The position numbers were made by a program, and so were the translations under genes. Of a stretch of 64,000 nucleotides of DNA, positions 1-10,163 are shown in pieces. The notes under the pieces are model-generated. The model was not told the DNA's origin. It was given only the letters and a program-made list of their open reading frames with translations, and made no database searches. Source of the stretch: an uncultured Ktedonobacteraceae bacterium (GTDB lineage: Bacteria; Chloroflexota; Ktedonobacteria; Ktedonobacterales; Ktedonobacteraceae); assembly GCA_964242555.1 (NCBI GenBank), contig CAXTCR010000001.1, positions 1,861 through 65,860 of the forward strand, given 5' to 3'. Within the stretch, counting starts at the first letter, position 1; each line of letters opens with the position of its first letter.

Positions 1-302
1 TGTGGTAACATTTTGTTCAGTATGTAAACCTTTTGGAGGTACAAATGTAGTTTTACTTAGAGGCTTCTTTTCCGTAGTCGCTCATCATATTGCTGTAGCG
101 TGTTATGTAGCACCTCCTATTACCATTGTTTTTATCAAGTAGCTAATAGTACGCCTACAATAGTAGAACTTTTCCCATCGACCTTTATTGAGCAGGACTT
201 TTAGACGTTGTGGTGCTAAAGAGCTGTAAATCCTGCTATATAATAAGCTTACGATGGGGATAAAAATTGTAAAGTAGTTTCTATAATGAAAGGAGTCATT
301 TC

Positions 303-1388
303 GTGACGCAAGGAAAGGCGAGTGCTTTATATTCCTCTATTCATGCTCAACCACAGGCTATACGGGGATTGTTGGCGGATTGGGATGGGCCGACAGAGGC
401 AGCACAACAGTTACATACGCGGGAACGGATCTTGCTGGCAGGCATTGGGACGAGTTATCACGCAGCGTTGATTGGTGAGTATGTATTTCGTTTGGCAGGA
501 GTTGACGCGTGGGCGGTCCGTTCATATGAGCTTGTGACATATCCACGACCACTGCGTTCAAACGATGGCGTGGTTGTGATCAGTCATCGTGGCAGTAAGG
601 TTCACGGTATTGCAGCAGCTCAGCGTGCGAAGTTGTCCGGAGTTTTGACGGTCGGCATCACGGGCAAGGGTTCGCAGATGCGAGACGTGGATGTAGTAAT
701 AGAGACCGTCGAGCAAGAGGTATCGTCCGCACACTCGATAAGCTTTACTGGTACGCTCACTCGTTTGGCACAGGTAGCAGCGCGTCTTGCAGCACTTCGC
801 GGCAATACTCAGGTTTCACAACAGATAGAGCAGGGGCTAGCACTAATACCGACCTATGTAGAACAGGTCTTTCTACACGAGGACACGCTGAGACGGGTGG
901 CGCAAGATATTGTGGCACGGCAGCGCAGGGTCTTTCTTGTGGGGGCTGGTCCGAACGCGGCTATAGCGCCAGAGGGAGCGTTAAAGGCAAAGGAAGCGGC
1001 ATATGTGACGGCAGAGGGGTTTGAGCTAGAGCAGGCAATCCATGGTCCGTTTGTTGGTTTCGAGGCAAGCGATTTAGTGACTATTGTGAACGTCAAGGGG
1101 CCTGCACAACCACGCATAGCTGATTTCCTGCGTGCACTACACGAGATTGAGACTCAGGTCCTGCTACTGGGAACGATACCGTCCGAAGAGACACAACTGT
1201 TTACGCAAGGGCAATGGAGGCATGTGGACCTGGTGACAGATGTGGTGGAGGAATTAACACCACTGGTGAGTGTGGTTCCATTACAACTACTGGCGGATTT
1301 CCTGGCGTCTGCGAGGGGAGTCAATGCCGATTCGTTCAGGAAGGACCAAGATGCGTACGCACGAGCGAGTGCAGCATTTCGTTTATAA
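303..1388 (+). CDS. SIS-domain sugar-phosphate isomerase, GlmS-isomerase-like (two SIS halves)
   Basis: 361-aa ORF. SIS-type motifs LLAGIGTSYHAALIGEY and VVVISHRGSK in the first half, and a second SIS-like half (FLVGAGPNAAIAPEGALKAKE). GTG start with AAGGAG 7 nt upstream. Confidence 0.75.
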   Translation: MTQGKASALYSSIHAQPQAIRGLLADWDGPTEAAQQLHTRERILLAGIGTSYHAALIGEYVFRLAGVDAWAVRSYELVTYPRPLRSNDGVVVISHRGSKVHGIAAAQRAKLSGVLTVGITGKGSQMRDVDVVIETVEQEVSSAHSISFTGTLTRLAQVAARLAALRGNTQVSQQIEQGLALIPTYVEQVFLHEDTLRRVAQDIVARQRRVFLVGAGPNAAIAPEGALKAKEAAYVTAEGFELEQAIHGPFVGFEASDLVTIVNVKGPAQPRIADFLRALHEIETQVLLLGTIPSEETQLFTQGQWRHVDLVTDVVEELTPLVSVVPLQLLADFLASARGVNADSFRKDQDAYARASAAFRL

Positions 1389-1638
1389 CAATTTGTATAA
1401 CATACGTATTCAATGAGAGACAGGCACCACGGCTCTCAGCATTCTCCGAGTCGTATTCGGGGGATGCTGAGGGCTATGGAGCCTGTTCGCTTTTGCATCC
1501 TTCGTCTATAGCTCCGCAACGTCCACAGACTCTGCTACGTCGAAGGGGAGTTTTTGCGGCTGCGGGTGATATACTTGAGTTAGTAGCTATTGCTCACTTG
1601 TTACGCCCCGTTGCTTCAAGACAAAGAAGGAGTGCTCC

Positions 1639-2250
1639 ATGCCCGGCTCTTTTGGTATCCCCCAGATCACAAGTTACCTCACGCAGATGTGTTTGAAGCT
1701 GGCACACGTAGATTATGAACGAGAGCTTGTTGAACTTGCATTTCATGGTAGTAATGGACAATGGAGGATGATCGTGAGCATTCAGCAACATGGGGAGGCA
1801 CGCAAGCTGCTGTTGATCGCGCCGCATATTGGAACGGTGACAGCAAAGCGGCGACTGGAATGCCTTGAGGCATTGCTGGCGGTCAACTACCGTATAGCGG
1901 TGGGCAAGTTTGGTATTGATCTGGCGGATGGAGAGGTGAGGCTGGAGGAAGCCATTCCACTGGGAACGGGGATAATTACGTTCGAGCAGTTTCAGCTTGC
2001 ATTTGGCGCGATCATGCAGTCGGTGGCTATGTATCATAGCCTGCTCCCGCGCATTGTGTACGGGAATCTCACACCGCTAGAGGCATTGCAGGCCTGTGAA
2101 GAAGAATTTGCTTCGCAGACTGATGGCGAGAAGCGGCCACAGACGGAGCCACTTGTCGATATGTCACAAGAGCAGCAGGGACCGAGAGCAATCAGTCTCG
2201 ACGATGTGCTTGCAGAGGTCACACGTATCTTTGAAGACAACAAGGAATAA
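1639..2250 (+). CDS. YbjN / secretion-chaperone-like family protein (putative)
   Basis: 203-aa ORF with AAGGAG 6 nt upstream of the ATG and an acidic C-terminal tail. The family call rests only on by-eye resemblance of the first ~150 aa to YbjN-type proteins. Confidence 0.45.
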   Translation: MPGSFGIPQITSYLTQMCLKLAHVDYERELVELAFHGSNGQWRMIVSIQQHGEARKLLLIAPHIGTVTAKRRLECLEALLAVNYRIAVGKFGIDLADGEVRLEEAIPLGTGIITFEQFQLAFGAIMQSVAMYHSLLPRIVYGNLTPLEALQACEEEFASQTDGEKRPQTEPLVDMSQEQQGPRAISLDDVLAEVTRIFEDNKE

Positions 2251-2258
2251 CACCAAAT

Positions 2259-2295
2259 GTGCATCACATCATAGGGAAGCCACAATGTGATGCAC
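2259..2295. terminator. Hairpin between convergent genes (11-bp stem gtgcatcacat / atgtgatgcac)
   Basis: Inverted repeat 2259-2269 / 2285-2295 read directly. It lies between the stop at 2250 (+) and the stop at 2309 (-). Confidence 0.4.
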
Positions 2296-2308
2296 GTTGG
2301 TATTATTT

Positions 2309-4366
2309 TTAGGCCGCGGTAATTGTGCCATCCGCATTTACCCGAATGGCGACGGGGGCGAGTGGAGTTTGTGCTGGTCCCTGCAAGACAGAGGCTTTGT
2401 TGCGAGGATCGAAGATAGCGCCATGCGCTGGACAGACCAACGTGTGTGTCTTCGGGTCGTAATTGACCTCGACGCCTTCGTGGGTGCAAGCGCGTTCGTA
2501 AGCGACGAAATTTCCATTTGGCAAGTGAATAAGCAAGCTGGGCTTGTTATCTGCTGGATTGACGATATAGAGGGCCGTATTTGGCGCGATGCTCGTCGTG
2601 CCCAGGACTTTTCCAGTATGTGTTGCACCGGTTGTACCGGGGTTCATTCCACTTTTTGGGGTCGCCGTTGGGGTATTGCCAGCCTGTGTTTGCTGACCTG
2701 TCCCAGTGGTAGTGCCCTGAGCCGTGTGGGTATTAAGTTGTGGCACAAGGTGAGCAAGGTTCATTTTGCCCGCAATCAATGCACCTGCCGCGACGACGCT
2801 ACCAGCAGCAATGGTTGCAAGCACCCGTCTGCGCCCAACATTGTTGCGTGCTCGTCTGGTAGGACGAACACGCATAACCGTATCAGGGGTTTGAGTGCTT
2901 GGATCCGTCGGCTTCGTCTTTTCCCTATTGGGATTCGGCATCTCTATTGCGGACGCCTCTTGCGCGCTTGCTAAAGGTACAACGCGAGGTGGTGGCGATT
3001 GTACCCACCAAGTCGGTGTAATCATGTCGTTAGCATCATTCGCATTTGGTCCAGTGGGCAACGGTGAGGGTGCCTGTGTTGGTTGCGGCATCTGTACAAT
3101 TGGTGCAGGCGCGGGAGCAAGTGCAGAAGTGAACGGGTAGTCTGGTTGTTGTAAGAAGCTCGTTGGCGCCACAGGCTTTGGTGCAGGCGGCTCTTGTGAT
3201 GGGCGAACGGCAGCAACGCGTCCTGTAACAATGGGAGGTAAAATTTGCCACCCATCCGTTGAGCCGGGGATAGGCTGACCAGGAATTACTCCACTCTGTC
3301 CGTTGCTGTTTGAAGCAGAGGGGCGAGAGGCGAGCAGTTTACCAGTCATGATAGGAGGCGTGAGTTGCCATCCTCCGATAGAAACCTCTTCTTCGGGCAC
3401 ATTTTGTAGGTTCTGCACAGGTGACGGCTTATCCAGTAAGAAGGCACTTTCATTATTCTGTGTATTTTGTGGTCGCTGAGCAACACCTTGACATACCTGT
3501 GCAAAGGCTTCCAGGAGTTCGCCAACGCTTTGGAAACGCTGCGCGGGATCACGTGCAAGAGCATGATTGACGACCAGTTCCATCGCAATAGGAATGTCGG
3601 AGCTAAGCTTGTGAAGCGAAGGCAAGGGACTTTGCACATGCTGAATAGCCGTATCTAAAGGCGAGGTACTGGAGAATGGTGGTTTTCCGCTAAGCATTTC
3701 AAACAGGATTACGCCTAACGCATAGATATCGGAGCGCACGTCGACGGGCTGACCCTGAACAACCTCTGGCGCAATATAGGTAGATGCATAGAGAAAGGTG
3801 TTAGCGATACTTAAAAGATACGCATAAGGCTGGTCACTTTGCTCAATGCCGCGCATTTGCAGCATATGAACCAAGCCAAAGCCTGCGATGAGCAATTTTC
3901 CATCGGGAGTGGATAAAATATTTGCAGGCTTCAACGTACCATGGACCACACCTTTGCGATGCGCATGTTCGAGGCCAGCGGCGACTTGCTCCAGAACCTG
4001 GAGCGCAAACGCGGGCGTGCAACGCCCCTGCCGTTTCAGGATATCGGCGAGGGAGCCATGAGACATGTAGGGCGTAATGAGATAGGGATAGCCAAACTGC
4101 TCACCATACTCAAAAACCGGTAAGACATCACGATGGCTGAGAGCAGTCAAAGCGGCGGCTTCCCTGGTAAAACGTTGCATGAAGCGGGTTCGCATGTCCG
4201 CGTTATAGTGGTCGGGCACAATAAAGGTGGTTAGAGCGGTGGCTATGTTCTGCGACGGGTGTTGAGCCAGATAGACTGCGCTCAAACGACCACGCCCTAG
4301 TAGGCTTTTTATAGCATAATGGCCTACGGTTTGTCCTACAAGTTGACCGGTTGATACAGTTTGCAT
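2309..4366 (-). CDS. Hanks-type Ser/Thr pseudokinase with Pro-rich linker, internal Tat-like RRR membrane anchor and C-terminal Rieske [2Fe-2S] domain
   Basis: The kinase fold is readable (LGRGRLSAVY, YIAPEVV, DIYALGVILFEMLSG), but the VAIK Lys, HRD Asp and DFG Asp are replaced (TALT, HGT, GFG). It also has GRRRVLATIAAGSVVAAGALIAG and the Rieske motif CTHEG..(15)..CPAHG. ATG 4366 is preferred over GTG 4402 because of the purine-rich GGGGGGAAG upstream. Confidence 0.8.
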   Translation of the reverse strand: MQTVSTGQLVGQTVGHYAIKSLLGRGRLSAVYLAQHPSQNIATALTTFIVPDHYNADMRTRFMQRFTREAAALTALSHRDVLPVFEYGEQFGYPYLITPYMSHGSLADILKRQGRCTPAFALQVLEQVAAGLEHAHRKGVVHGTLKPANILSTPDGKLLIAGFGLVHMLQMRGIEQSDQPYAYLLSIANTFLYASTYIAPEVVQGQPVDVRSDIYALGVILFEMLSGKPPFSSTSPLDTAIQHVQSPLPSLHKLSSDIPIAMELVVNHALARDPAQRFQSVGELLEAFAQVCQGVAQRPQNTQNNESAFLLDKPSPVQNLQNVPEEEVSIGGWQLTPPIMTGKLLASRPSASNSNGQSGVIPGQPIPGSTDGWQILPPIVTGRVAAVRPSQEPPAPKPVAPTSFLQQPDYPFTSALAPAPAPIVQMPQPTQAPSPLPTGPNANDANDMITPTWWVQSPPPRVVPLASAQEASAIEMPNPNREKTKPTDPSTQTPDTVMRVRPTRRARNNVGRRRVLATIAAGSVVAAGALIAGKMNLAHLVPQLNTHTAQGTTTGTGQQTQAGNTPTATPKSGMNPGTTGATHTGKVLGTTSIAPNTALYIVNPADNKPSLLIHLPNGNFVAYERACTHEGVEVNYDPKTHTLVCPAHGAIFDPRNKASVLQGPAQTPLAPVAIRVNADGTITAA

Positions 4367-4567
4367 TCGGGCTTCCCCCCACAGATTTCTATTGATGTAC
4401 ACAAAGGAATTTTACATACTGTATCAATGTAGGTCAATGTGATATACCAAAAGTAGGACTTGTGTCTATTTTAGGATAAAAATAAACGTTGAAAAAACAC
4501 AAATAGGAGCAAAAGCAGGACCAAATCTGCAACATTTGAGTTGTGTTACAGATGTGATCCCAACTTG

Positions 4568-7393
4568 TTATGCATGTTTGGCATCTTTAGCGTGTAGAGC
4601 ACGAAGAATGCGTTCTGGAGTGAGCGGAAGTTGGCGTATGGAGAGTCCGAGGGCATCTGCTACAGCGTTGCTTATAGCAGGAGCAACGCCGCTTTGCGCA
4701 ACCTCAACCACCGATTTCGCGCCAAAGACAGCGTTTGAGGCTTCCTCGTCTTGCAGCAGGTAGGTTTGTAGCTCTGGCATTTCAGTCGCGTTACAGAGGT
4801 GATACTCATCAAGTGTTTTCGCGAGAATGTATCCCTCTGTATCATACAGAACTTCCTCGCTCTGGGAAAAGCCCAAGCCTCTGACGATGCTCCCCTGCAC
4901 CTGTGCCTCGGTTAGGGCGGGATGAATAACGCGTCCGGCATCGAGGGCGGCAAGCAGTTTTATAACACGCACCTCGCCGGTGTCGATGTTCACCTCTACC
5001 TCGGCGCCGTGTACAGCATGGGCAACAGGAGGAGAGGTTTCTTTCCAGAAGGCATTGGTGAGAAGCTGTTTACCCTCATTTGTCAGTAGGTGCGTAGCGA
5101 TCTGAGCAAGGGTGAGCGTGTGACCATTGAGCGGCGAGGGCGTGACGACACCTTCGCGTATGGTCAGATTTTCCGGGATATTTCCGAGCAGGCGACTCGC
5201 GACGATGAGCATCTGCCGGCGAACCTGCTCTGCCGCCCGGTGCAGTGCTGCCCCCGCGTTGTAGAGCGTCGAGGCCTGCTCTGTTGTTGTCCCAACAGGG
5301 ATAGTGTCGGTCGTGGAGGTATGCAACACAATTTCGTCTACCGACACATCGAGCACCTCGGCGGCAATTTGTACGAGCATTGTTTTGAGGGCGGGATCAG
5401 CCACACTCACAAACACATCGAACGAGCCATCTTCATTCAGCTTTACACTAGCACCGCTGCTTTCAGCATTTGGTAGCGTGTTGTCAAAACGCGTGAGGGC
5501 TATGCCAACGCCGCGATGCAGGCGGCTGTTCAATGTTTGACCGCGTTTAGCGCCCCATTGAAGTTTTGCCTCGACAAGTTGCAGACACTCTTGTACAGTA
5601 CGACTCGCTGTTGACGGAGTTTCTCCTCTACCCCAATTTTTGCGTCGAAACGCAAGAGCGTCCATGTGCAATTGCTTGGCGACCTCGTCCATATGAGACT
5701 CTAGTGCGAACAGTTCAGCAGATGCACCTGGCGTGTTACTGGCTGGCGGAAGATTTGTATAGAGGACTTCAGCGACAAAGCGTGTGTGTGGGCATGAGTA
5801 GAGTGACAGCACATTTTGACTTGTAGGTGTATATGTGCCGTAGGCGCCAGTACTAGTAAGCACAAGCATTTGCTGCGCAACGAGTGAGCCATCGCTCCTC
5901 ACGCCTGTTTTCACACGCACGATGTGTTGAGGAGAACCAATGTCGCGTAACTCCTCAGCACGAGAGTAGACAAGCCTCACGGGTCGGTGGGTAGCCTGCG
6001 TAAGAAGGGCACAGATATCTTCACTTACCAAAGATTGTCCTGCTGTAGGATTACCAAGCGTGGGCTGCTCGACGCGAATACAGCGAATGGGAATGCCCAG
6101 TATGGTAGAGAGCTGTCGACGCAAGTTGTGCGGTGTGTAGGCATTGGAACGCACAACAAGATAGTCATCTTCGTCGAAATAGGTAATAACACTATGGGGT
6201 TCAAGGGATGCTTGCCGCGTCATTTGTGTGAGGTATTCGTTCTCTATTACTATATCAGCATCCGCGAAGCCACGTTCCACATCACCGGTTTCAAAGCGTG
6301 TACGAGCCGCAACATTACGCTCAGCATCATGGATATTGCGTGACTCAGACTCCGCGTGTATGCGAATGTTACCGCTATCTAATGCTTGCCGTGGATGCAA
6401 CAGAGGCGGCAGCACATCATATTCGACGGAGATGCGTTCCAGGGCTTGTTCAGCGAGTTCTGGAGTCTCAGCGGCGACGGCGGCAACGCGATCACCACTA
6501 TAGCGTACGATATAGTCGAGACTATAGCGGTCCTGTGGTCCCGTTTGGCTTCCGCTTGCAAAAGGCACGCGCGGCACATCCTCGTACGTCAACACAGCAT
6601 GTACGCCCGGCATGGAGCGTGCTGCGGAGGCGTCAATACTGCGAATCACAGCATGGGCACGGGGGCTAGTCAGTATTTTTGCGTATAACACGCCAGCGGG
6701 TACATCATCATCTGTAAACGTGGCGCGACCCATTACTTTTTTTACCGCATCCACAGGCAGGACGGATTTTCCGATAATGGAGTAAGGAGTGCTGCCGACA
6801 CCAGTAAAAGGCGTCGTGATTTGTAGAGCACGTCTTTTACTGGTAACGGTATTTGAACCATCCAGGACAACGGCGCGCTGCTTGCTCGTAGTACGTGCGC
6901 CATTGAGGGCGTTGGCGTACTCTGCAGGCACTTCTCCGCGCAGAATTGAGGCTGCGTTGAGCACTGCCTCTATGGGTTTTTCGTAACCTATACACCGACA
7001 GAGATTGCCGGAGAGCGCATCGCGTATCTCGTCTTCTGTTGGTTGTCCGTTGCGCTTGAGCAGGGCTGAAGCGGACAGTATCATACCAGGAATACAGAAG
7101 CCACAACCGGTCGCGCCTAGAGTTGCAAATGCTTGTTGCACTGGAGTGGGGGTGTTTGCTGTTCCTAAGCCCTTCACCGTTGTGAGGGTACAGCCGCCAG
7201 CCTGTGCCGCGAGTAAGACACAACTTGTTTTAGGGACACCGTCGACCAGCACAGTACACGTACCACACGCGCCCGTTTCACACCCCTGTTTGACCTCTGT
7301 GTAGCCATTACGCCGCAACAATGTCAACAGGGATTCATTAGGGGCTGCGTCTAAACTCTCAACAGTACCATTGACACGTAACTCAAGTTCCAT
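4568..7393 (-). CDS. Xanthine dehydrogenase / aldehyde oxidase family protein, with the [2Fe-2S] small subunit fused to the molybdopterin-binding large subunit
   Basis: 941 aa. The N-terminus carries both 2Fe-2S motifs (GCETGACGTCTVLVDG; GCGFCIPGMILSA; LCRCIGYEKP), followed by a ~780-aa Mo-cofactor dehydrogenase-like body. It starts 5 nt after the FAD-subunit stop. Confidence 0.85.
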   Translation of the reverse strand: MELELRVNGTVESLDAAPNESLLTLLRRNGYTEVKQGCETGACGTCTVLVDGVPKTSCVLLAAQAGGCTLTTVKGLGTANTPTPVQQAFATLGATGCGFCIPGMILSASALLKRNGQPTEDEIRDALSGNLCRCIGYEKPIEAVLNAASILRGEVPAEYANALNGARTTSKQRAVVLDGSNTVTSKRRALQITTPFTGVGSTPYSIIGKSVLPVDAVKKVMGRATFTDDDVPAGVLYAKILTSPRAHAVIRSIDASAARSMPGVHAVLTYEDVPRVPFASGSQTGPQDRYSLDYIVRYSGDRVAAVAAETPELAEQALERISVEYDVLPPLLHPRQALDSGNIRIHAESESRNIHDAERNVAARTRFETGDVERGFADADIVIENEYLTQMTRQASLEPHSVITYFDEDDYLVVRSNAYTPHNLRRQLSTILGIPIRCIRVEQPTLGNPTAGQSLVSEDICALLTQATHRPVRLVYSRAEELRDIGSPQHIVRVKTGVRSDGSLVAQQMLVLTSTGAYGTYTPTSQNVLSLYSCPHTRFVAEVLYTNLPPASNTPGASAELFALESHMDEVAKQLHMDALAFRRKNWGRGETPSTASRTVQECLQLVEAKLQWGAKRGQTLNSRLHRGVGIALTRFDNTLPNAESSGASVKLNEDGSFDVFVSVADPALKTMLVQIAAEVLDVSVDEIVLHTSTTDTIPVGTTTEQASTLYNAGAALHRAAEQVRRQMLIVASRLLGNIPENLTIREGVVTPSPLNGHTLTLAQIATHLLTNEGKQLLTNAFWKETSPPVAHAVHGAEVEVNIDTGEVRVIKLLAALDAGRVIHPALTEAQVQGSIVRGLGFSQSEEVLYDTEGYILAKTLDEYHLCNATEMPELQTYLLQDEEASNAVFGAKSVVEVAQSGVAPAISNAVADALGLSIRQLPLTPERILRALHAKDAKHA

Positions 7394-7398
7394 TTGTG

Positions 7399-8376
7399 CT
7401 ATCTGCTTTCCTTGCTTGTATTTTCCTGTGCCGTCAACAATTCTTGATAGCGCGCAAGATAGGTTGCTTCTTCGAGGACACGCCGGGCAAGTTTTGCTCC
7501 ACTCACACGCCGATAGCCACCTGTCACACGTCTATCGGTGGGGGGACGAAATTCGGTCATGCCATGTTGCACGGCATCTGCGATTGCGGCAGTATCGTCA
7601 ATTAGCAGACCCACAAGCGTGTGCTCAATAGTGCGCATACGTACAGGCTCCATATTGACGCCACCAAAGGCCAATCGCACACGTGTGTACTTTTGCGCCT
7701 CGACCTCTACATATGCGGCGACATTGAGCAAGGCCACATCTGCGAGAGTACGGGCGACGCGTGCGAAAGCTGTTCCATGTGGGGCATGTATCGCAGGAAG
7801 CACACATTCTACAATCAATTCGTTAGGAAGTCGCTCCCCAAGTACGTCATCGGCAGCTATGCGTCGTTCTTGCTTGCCCTTGTAGACCACTCCGGCAAGG
7901 GCCAATCCTGGTCGCTCCCATGTGCCTCCACTAAGGTCAACGGAGGTTTTTGAGCCTGAACGGACTATCGTCTGTGCTTCCAGGACCGAGAGGGCAGTTA
8001 GAATATCGGCATGGGATGCAGCACCAGTGCTCAGCGAGCCTCCTAACGTTGCGCTGTTGCGGATAAGACGCGATGACGAAGAGGAGAGAGCTGCGTGTGC
8101 CAAGAGACCAGATGCATATCCATTCAGGGCAGGAGCATCAACAATGTTTTGCAGCGTCGTCATTGAGCCAATGTGGATATCCCCGCGTGTATCCTCAGAA
8201 ATATAAGCGAGACCTAATTCGCGCAGGTCAACGACAGCCTCGATAGTGTCATCATCCTGACCTAAAAGATAAGTTCCACCCGCGAGTGGAACTGTTTTTA
8301 CATTCAGCCGAGCAAGCAGTTCTAAAGCATCGTCGATATGCTCGGGCCAATGATATTCGACAAGGTTACGCAACAT
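7399..8376 (-). CDS. Molybdopterin dehydrogenase FAD-binding subunit (CoxM/XdhB-like)
   Basis: FAD-binding subunit pattern (VPLAGGTYLL, ATLGGSL). ATG 8376 lies 5 nt after the adenine deaminase stop. The ORF-track extension to 8493 would overlap the upstream gene. Confidence 0.8.
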   Translation of the reverse strand: MLRNLVEYHWPEHIDDALELLARLNVKTVPLAGGTYLLGQDDDTIEAVVDLRELGLAYISEDTRGDIHIGSMTTLQNIVDAPALNGYASGLLAHAALSSSSSRLIRNSATLGGSLSTGAASHADILTALSVLEAQTIVRSGSKTSVDLSGGTWERPGLALAGVVYKGKQERRIAADDVLGERLPNELIVECVLPAIHAPHGTAFARVARTLADVALLNVAAYVEVEAQKYTRVRLAFGGVNMEPVRMRTIEHTLVGLLIDDTAAIADAVQHGMTEFRPPTDRRVTGGYRRVSGAKLARRVLEEATYLARYQELLTAQENTSKESR

Positions 8377-8381
8377 AGCAA

Positions 8382-10163
8382 TTAGAGCCTTTGTAACGGA
8401 AGCAGGGTGAAGGTTTCGACATCGATCAGGCCCTGATCCGTGAGTTTGAGTGAAGGAATAACCGATAAAGAAAGAAAGCTGAGTGTCATGCATGGATGAT
8501 CGAGAACGCAGCCGAGTTCGGCGGCGACCTCATCCAGATGACGTAGTTGCCCTACCAGTTCAGCAGCGGGCAGGGGTGATACCAGCCCAGCGAGCGGCAA
8601 TGGGACACGAGCCAGTACCTGGCCATCTGCGACACAAACAAAGCCTCCGCCCATTTCTTGTAGTGCGCGTACCGCGCCAACGATGTCGCTATCACTTGCG
8701 CCCGCGATAACGAGGTTATGAGCATCGTGTGCGACACTGGAGGCAAGTGCGCCTTTTTTGAGACCGAGGCCTTGAACAAGCCCAAGCCCGAGGCGACCGC
8801 TGGCATGGTGGCGTTCAACCACGACGAGTTTCAGCAGATCGCGCGCCGGGTCCGCGACAATTTCGCCGTCGCGTATGGGGGCCTCTACTTGCAAGTGCTT
8901 TGTTGTGATCTGCCCCCGTTCAATGCCGATGACCTCGACCGGTCCTAGTTTGCCCGCAATACGTAGCTCGTACTCGGTGAGGGGGGCAATATGGATAGTC
9001 TGCGTTACTTCGACCTCGCGCATGGCCATATCGGTTTCGATACCCATTACAGCTGCCGAGGGAATATCAACGAGGAGACCGTCATTTTGCGCAACCAGTA
9101 TGCCATCTTTGTAGACGGATTCGACCTTAAAGGTGTGTAGATCGTCCAGCACGACAAGATCGGCAACACAACCCGGCGCAATCATACCACGATGATATAG
9201 GCGGAAATACTGAGCGGTATTGTAGGACGCGAGACGAATGGCTTCTATCGGATCTAGCCCCAATTCAATGGCGCGCCGGACCATCGAGTCCATGTGGCCC
9301 CGCGTGGTGAGATCGAGCGGGTCACGGTCATCGGTGACAAAGAAGACACGCGGCGGGTGCAATTCTTGAACTAGGGGTAAGAGGGCGTCAAGGTTCTGGG
9401 CTGCTGAGCCTTCGCGAATCATCAACCACATACCAAGGCGTACGCGTTGGCGCGCATCCTCAAGTGTTGTGCATTCGTGATCGGACATAATGCCAGCGAT
9501 AGCGTAGGCAGAGAGGTTTGGACCAGTCAGGCCGGGAGCGTGCCCATCCACGACGAGGTTGCGCCGGAGTGTTGCCTCGATTTTTGCCAGGACTTGTTCA
9601 TCCCCATGCAGCACGCCGGGCATGTTCATCATCTCGGCGAGACCCAACACCCGTTCATCGTGTAAGAGGGGAAGCAAATCGTTAGCGGTCAGGACGCGAT
9701 AAGGGCTTTCAAAAGAGGATGCGGGCACGCAGGAGGAGAGCAAGATATAGGTGGAGAGGGGCAAGCCACGGCCCGACTCAAGCACATAGCGAATGCCTTC
9801 GACTCCCATCACATTGGCGAACTCATGTGGGTCAAGCATGACTGTTGTCACACCACGCGGCACTACAAGACGAGCAAATTCGGGTAAGACTAACATGGTG
9901 CTTTCGATATGCATATGTCCATCAATAAGGCCTGGGGCAAGCCAGCGCCCCTGTAGGTCACGTTCCTGTTGTCCCTGATAGGAGTGGGAGTGTGGTGTAT
10001 TACTTTCGCTCACGCCCATAATTAAGCCATCGGCAAGAGCGACATCGGCAAGATAGTTTTCACCAGTGCACACATTGACCAAATTCGCGTTGCGCAGCAC
10101 GAGGTCAGCGGGCAATTCTCCACGGGCAATCTGGATATGTCGTTTTAGTTCACTCATAACCAT
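8382..10163 (-). CDS. ade: Adenine deaminase
   Basis: 593 aa. Amidohydrolase metal motif GLIDGHMHIES, with length and sequence pattern typical of Ade. First gene of a tightly packed three-gene operon. Confidence 0.85.
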   Translation of the reverse strand: MVMSELKRHIQIARGELPADLVLRNANLVNVCTGENYLADVALADGLIMGVSESNTPHSHSYQGQQERDLQGRWLAPGLIDGHMHIESTMLVLPEFARLVVPRGVTTVMLDPHEFANVMGVEGIRYVLESGRGLPLSTYILLSSCVPASSFESPYRVLTANDLLPLLHDERVLGLAEMMNMPGVLHGDEQVLAKIEATLRRNLVVDGHAPGLTGPNLSAYAIAGIMSDHECTTLEDARQRVRLGMWLMIREGSAAQNLDALLPLVQELHPPRVFFVTDDRDPLDLTTRGHMDSMVRRAIELGLDPIEAIRLASYNTAQYFRLYHRGMIAPGCVADLVVLDDLHTFKVESVYKDGILVAQNDGLLVDIPSAAVMGIETDMAMREVEVTQTIHIAPLTEYELRIAGKLGPVEVIGIERGQITTKHLQVEAPIRDGEIVADPARDLLKLVVVERHHASGRLGLGLVQGLGLKKGALASSVAHDAHNLVIAGASDSDIVGAVRALQEMGGGFVCVADGQVLARVPLPLAGLVSPLPAAELVGQLRHLDEVAAELGCVLDHPCMTLSFLSLSVIPSLKLTDQGLIDVETFTLLPLQRL

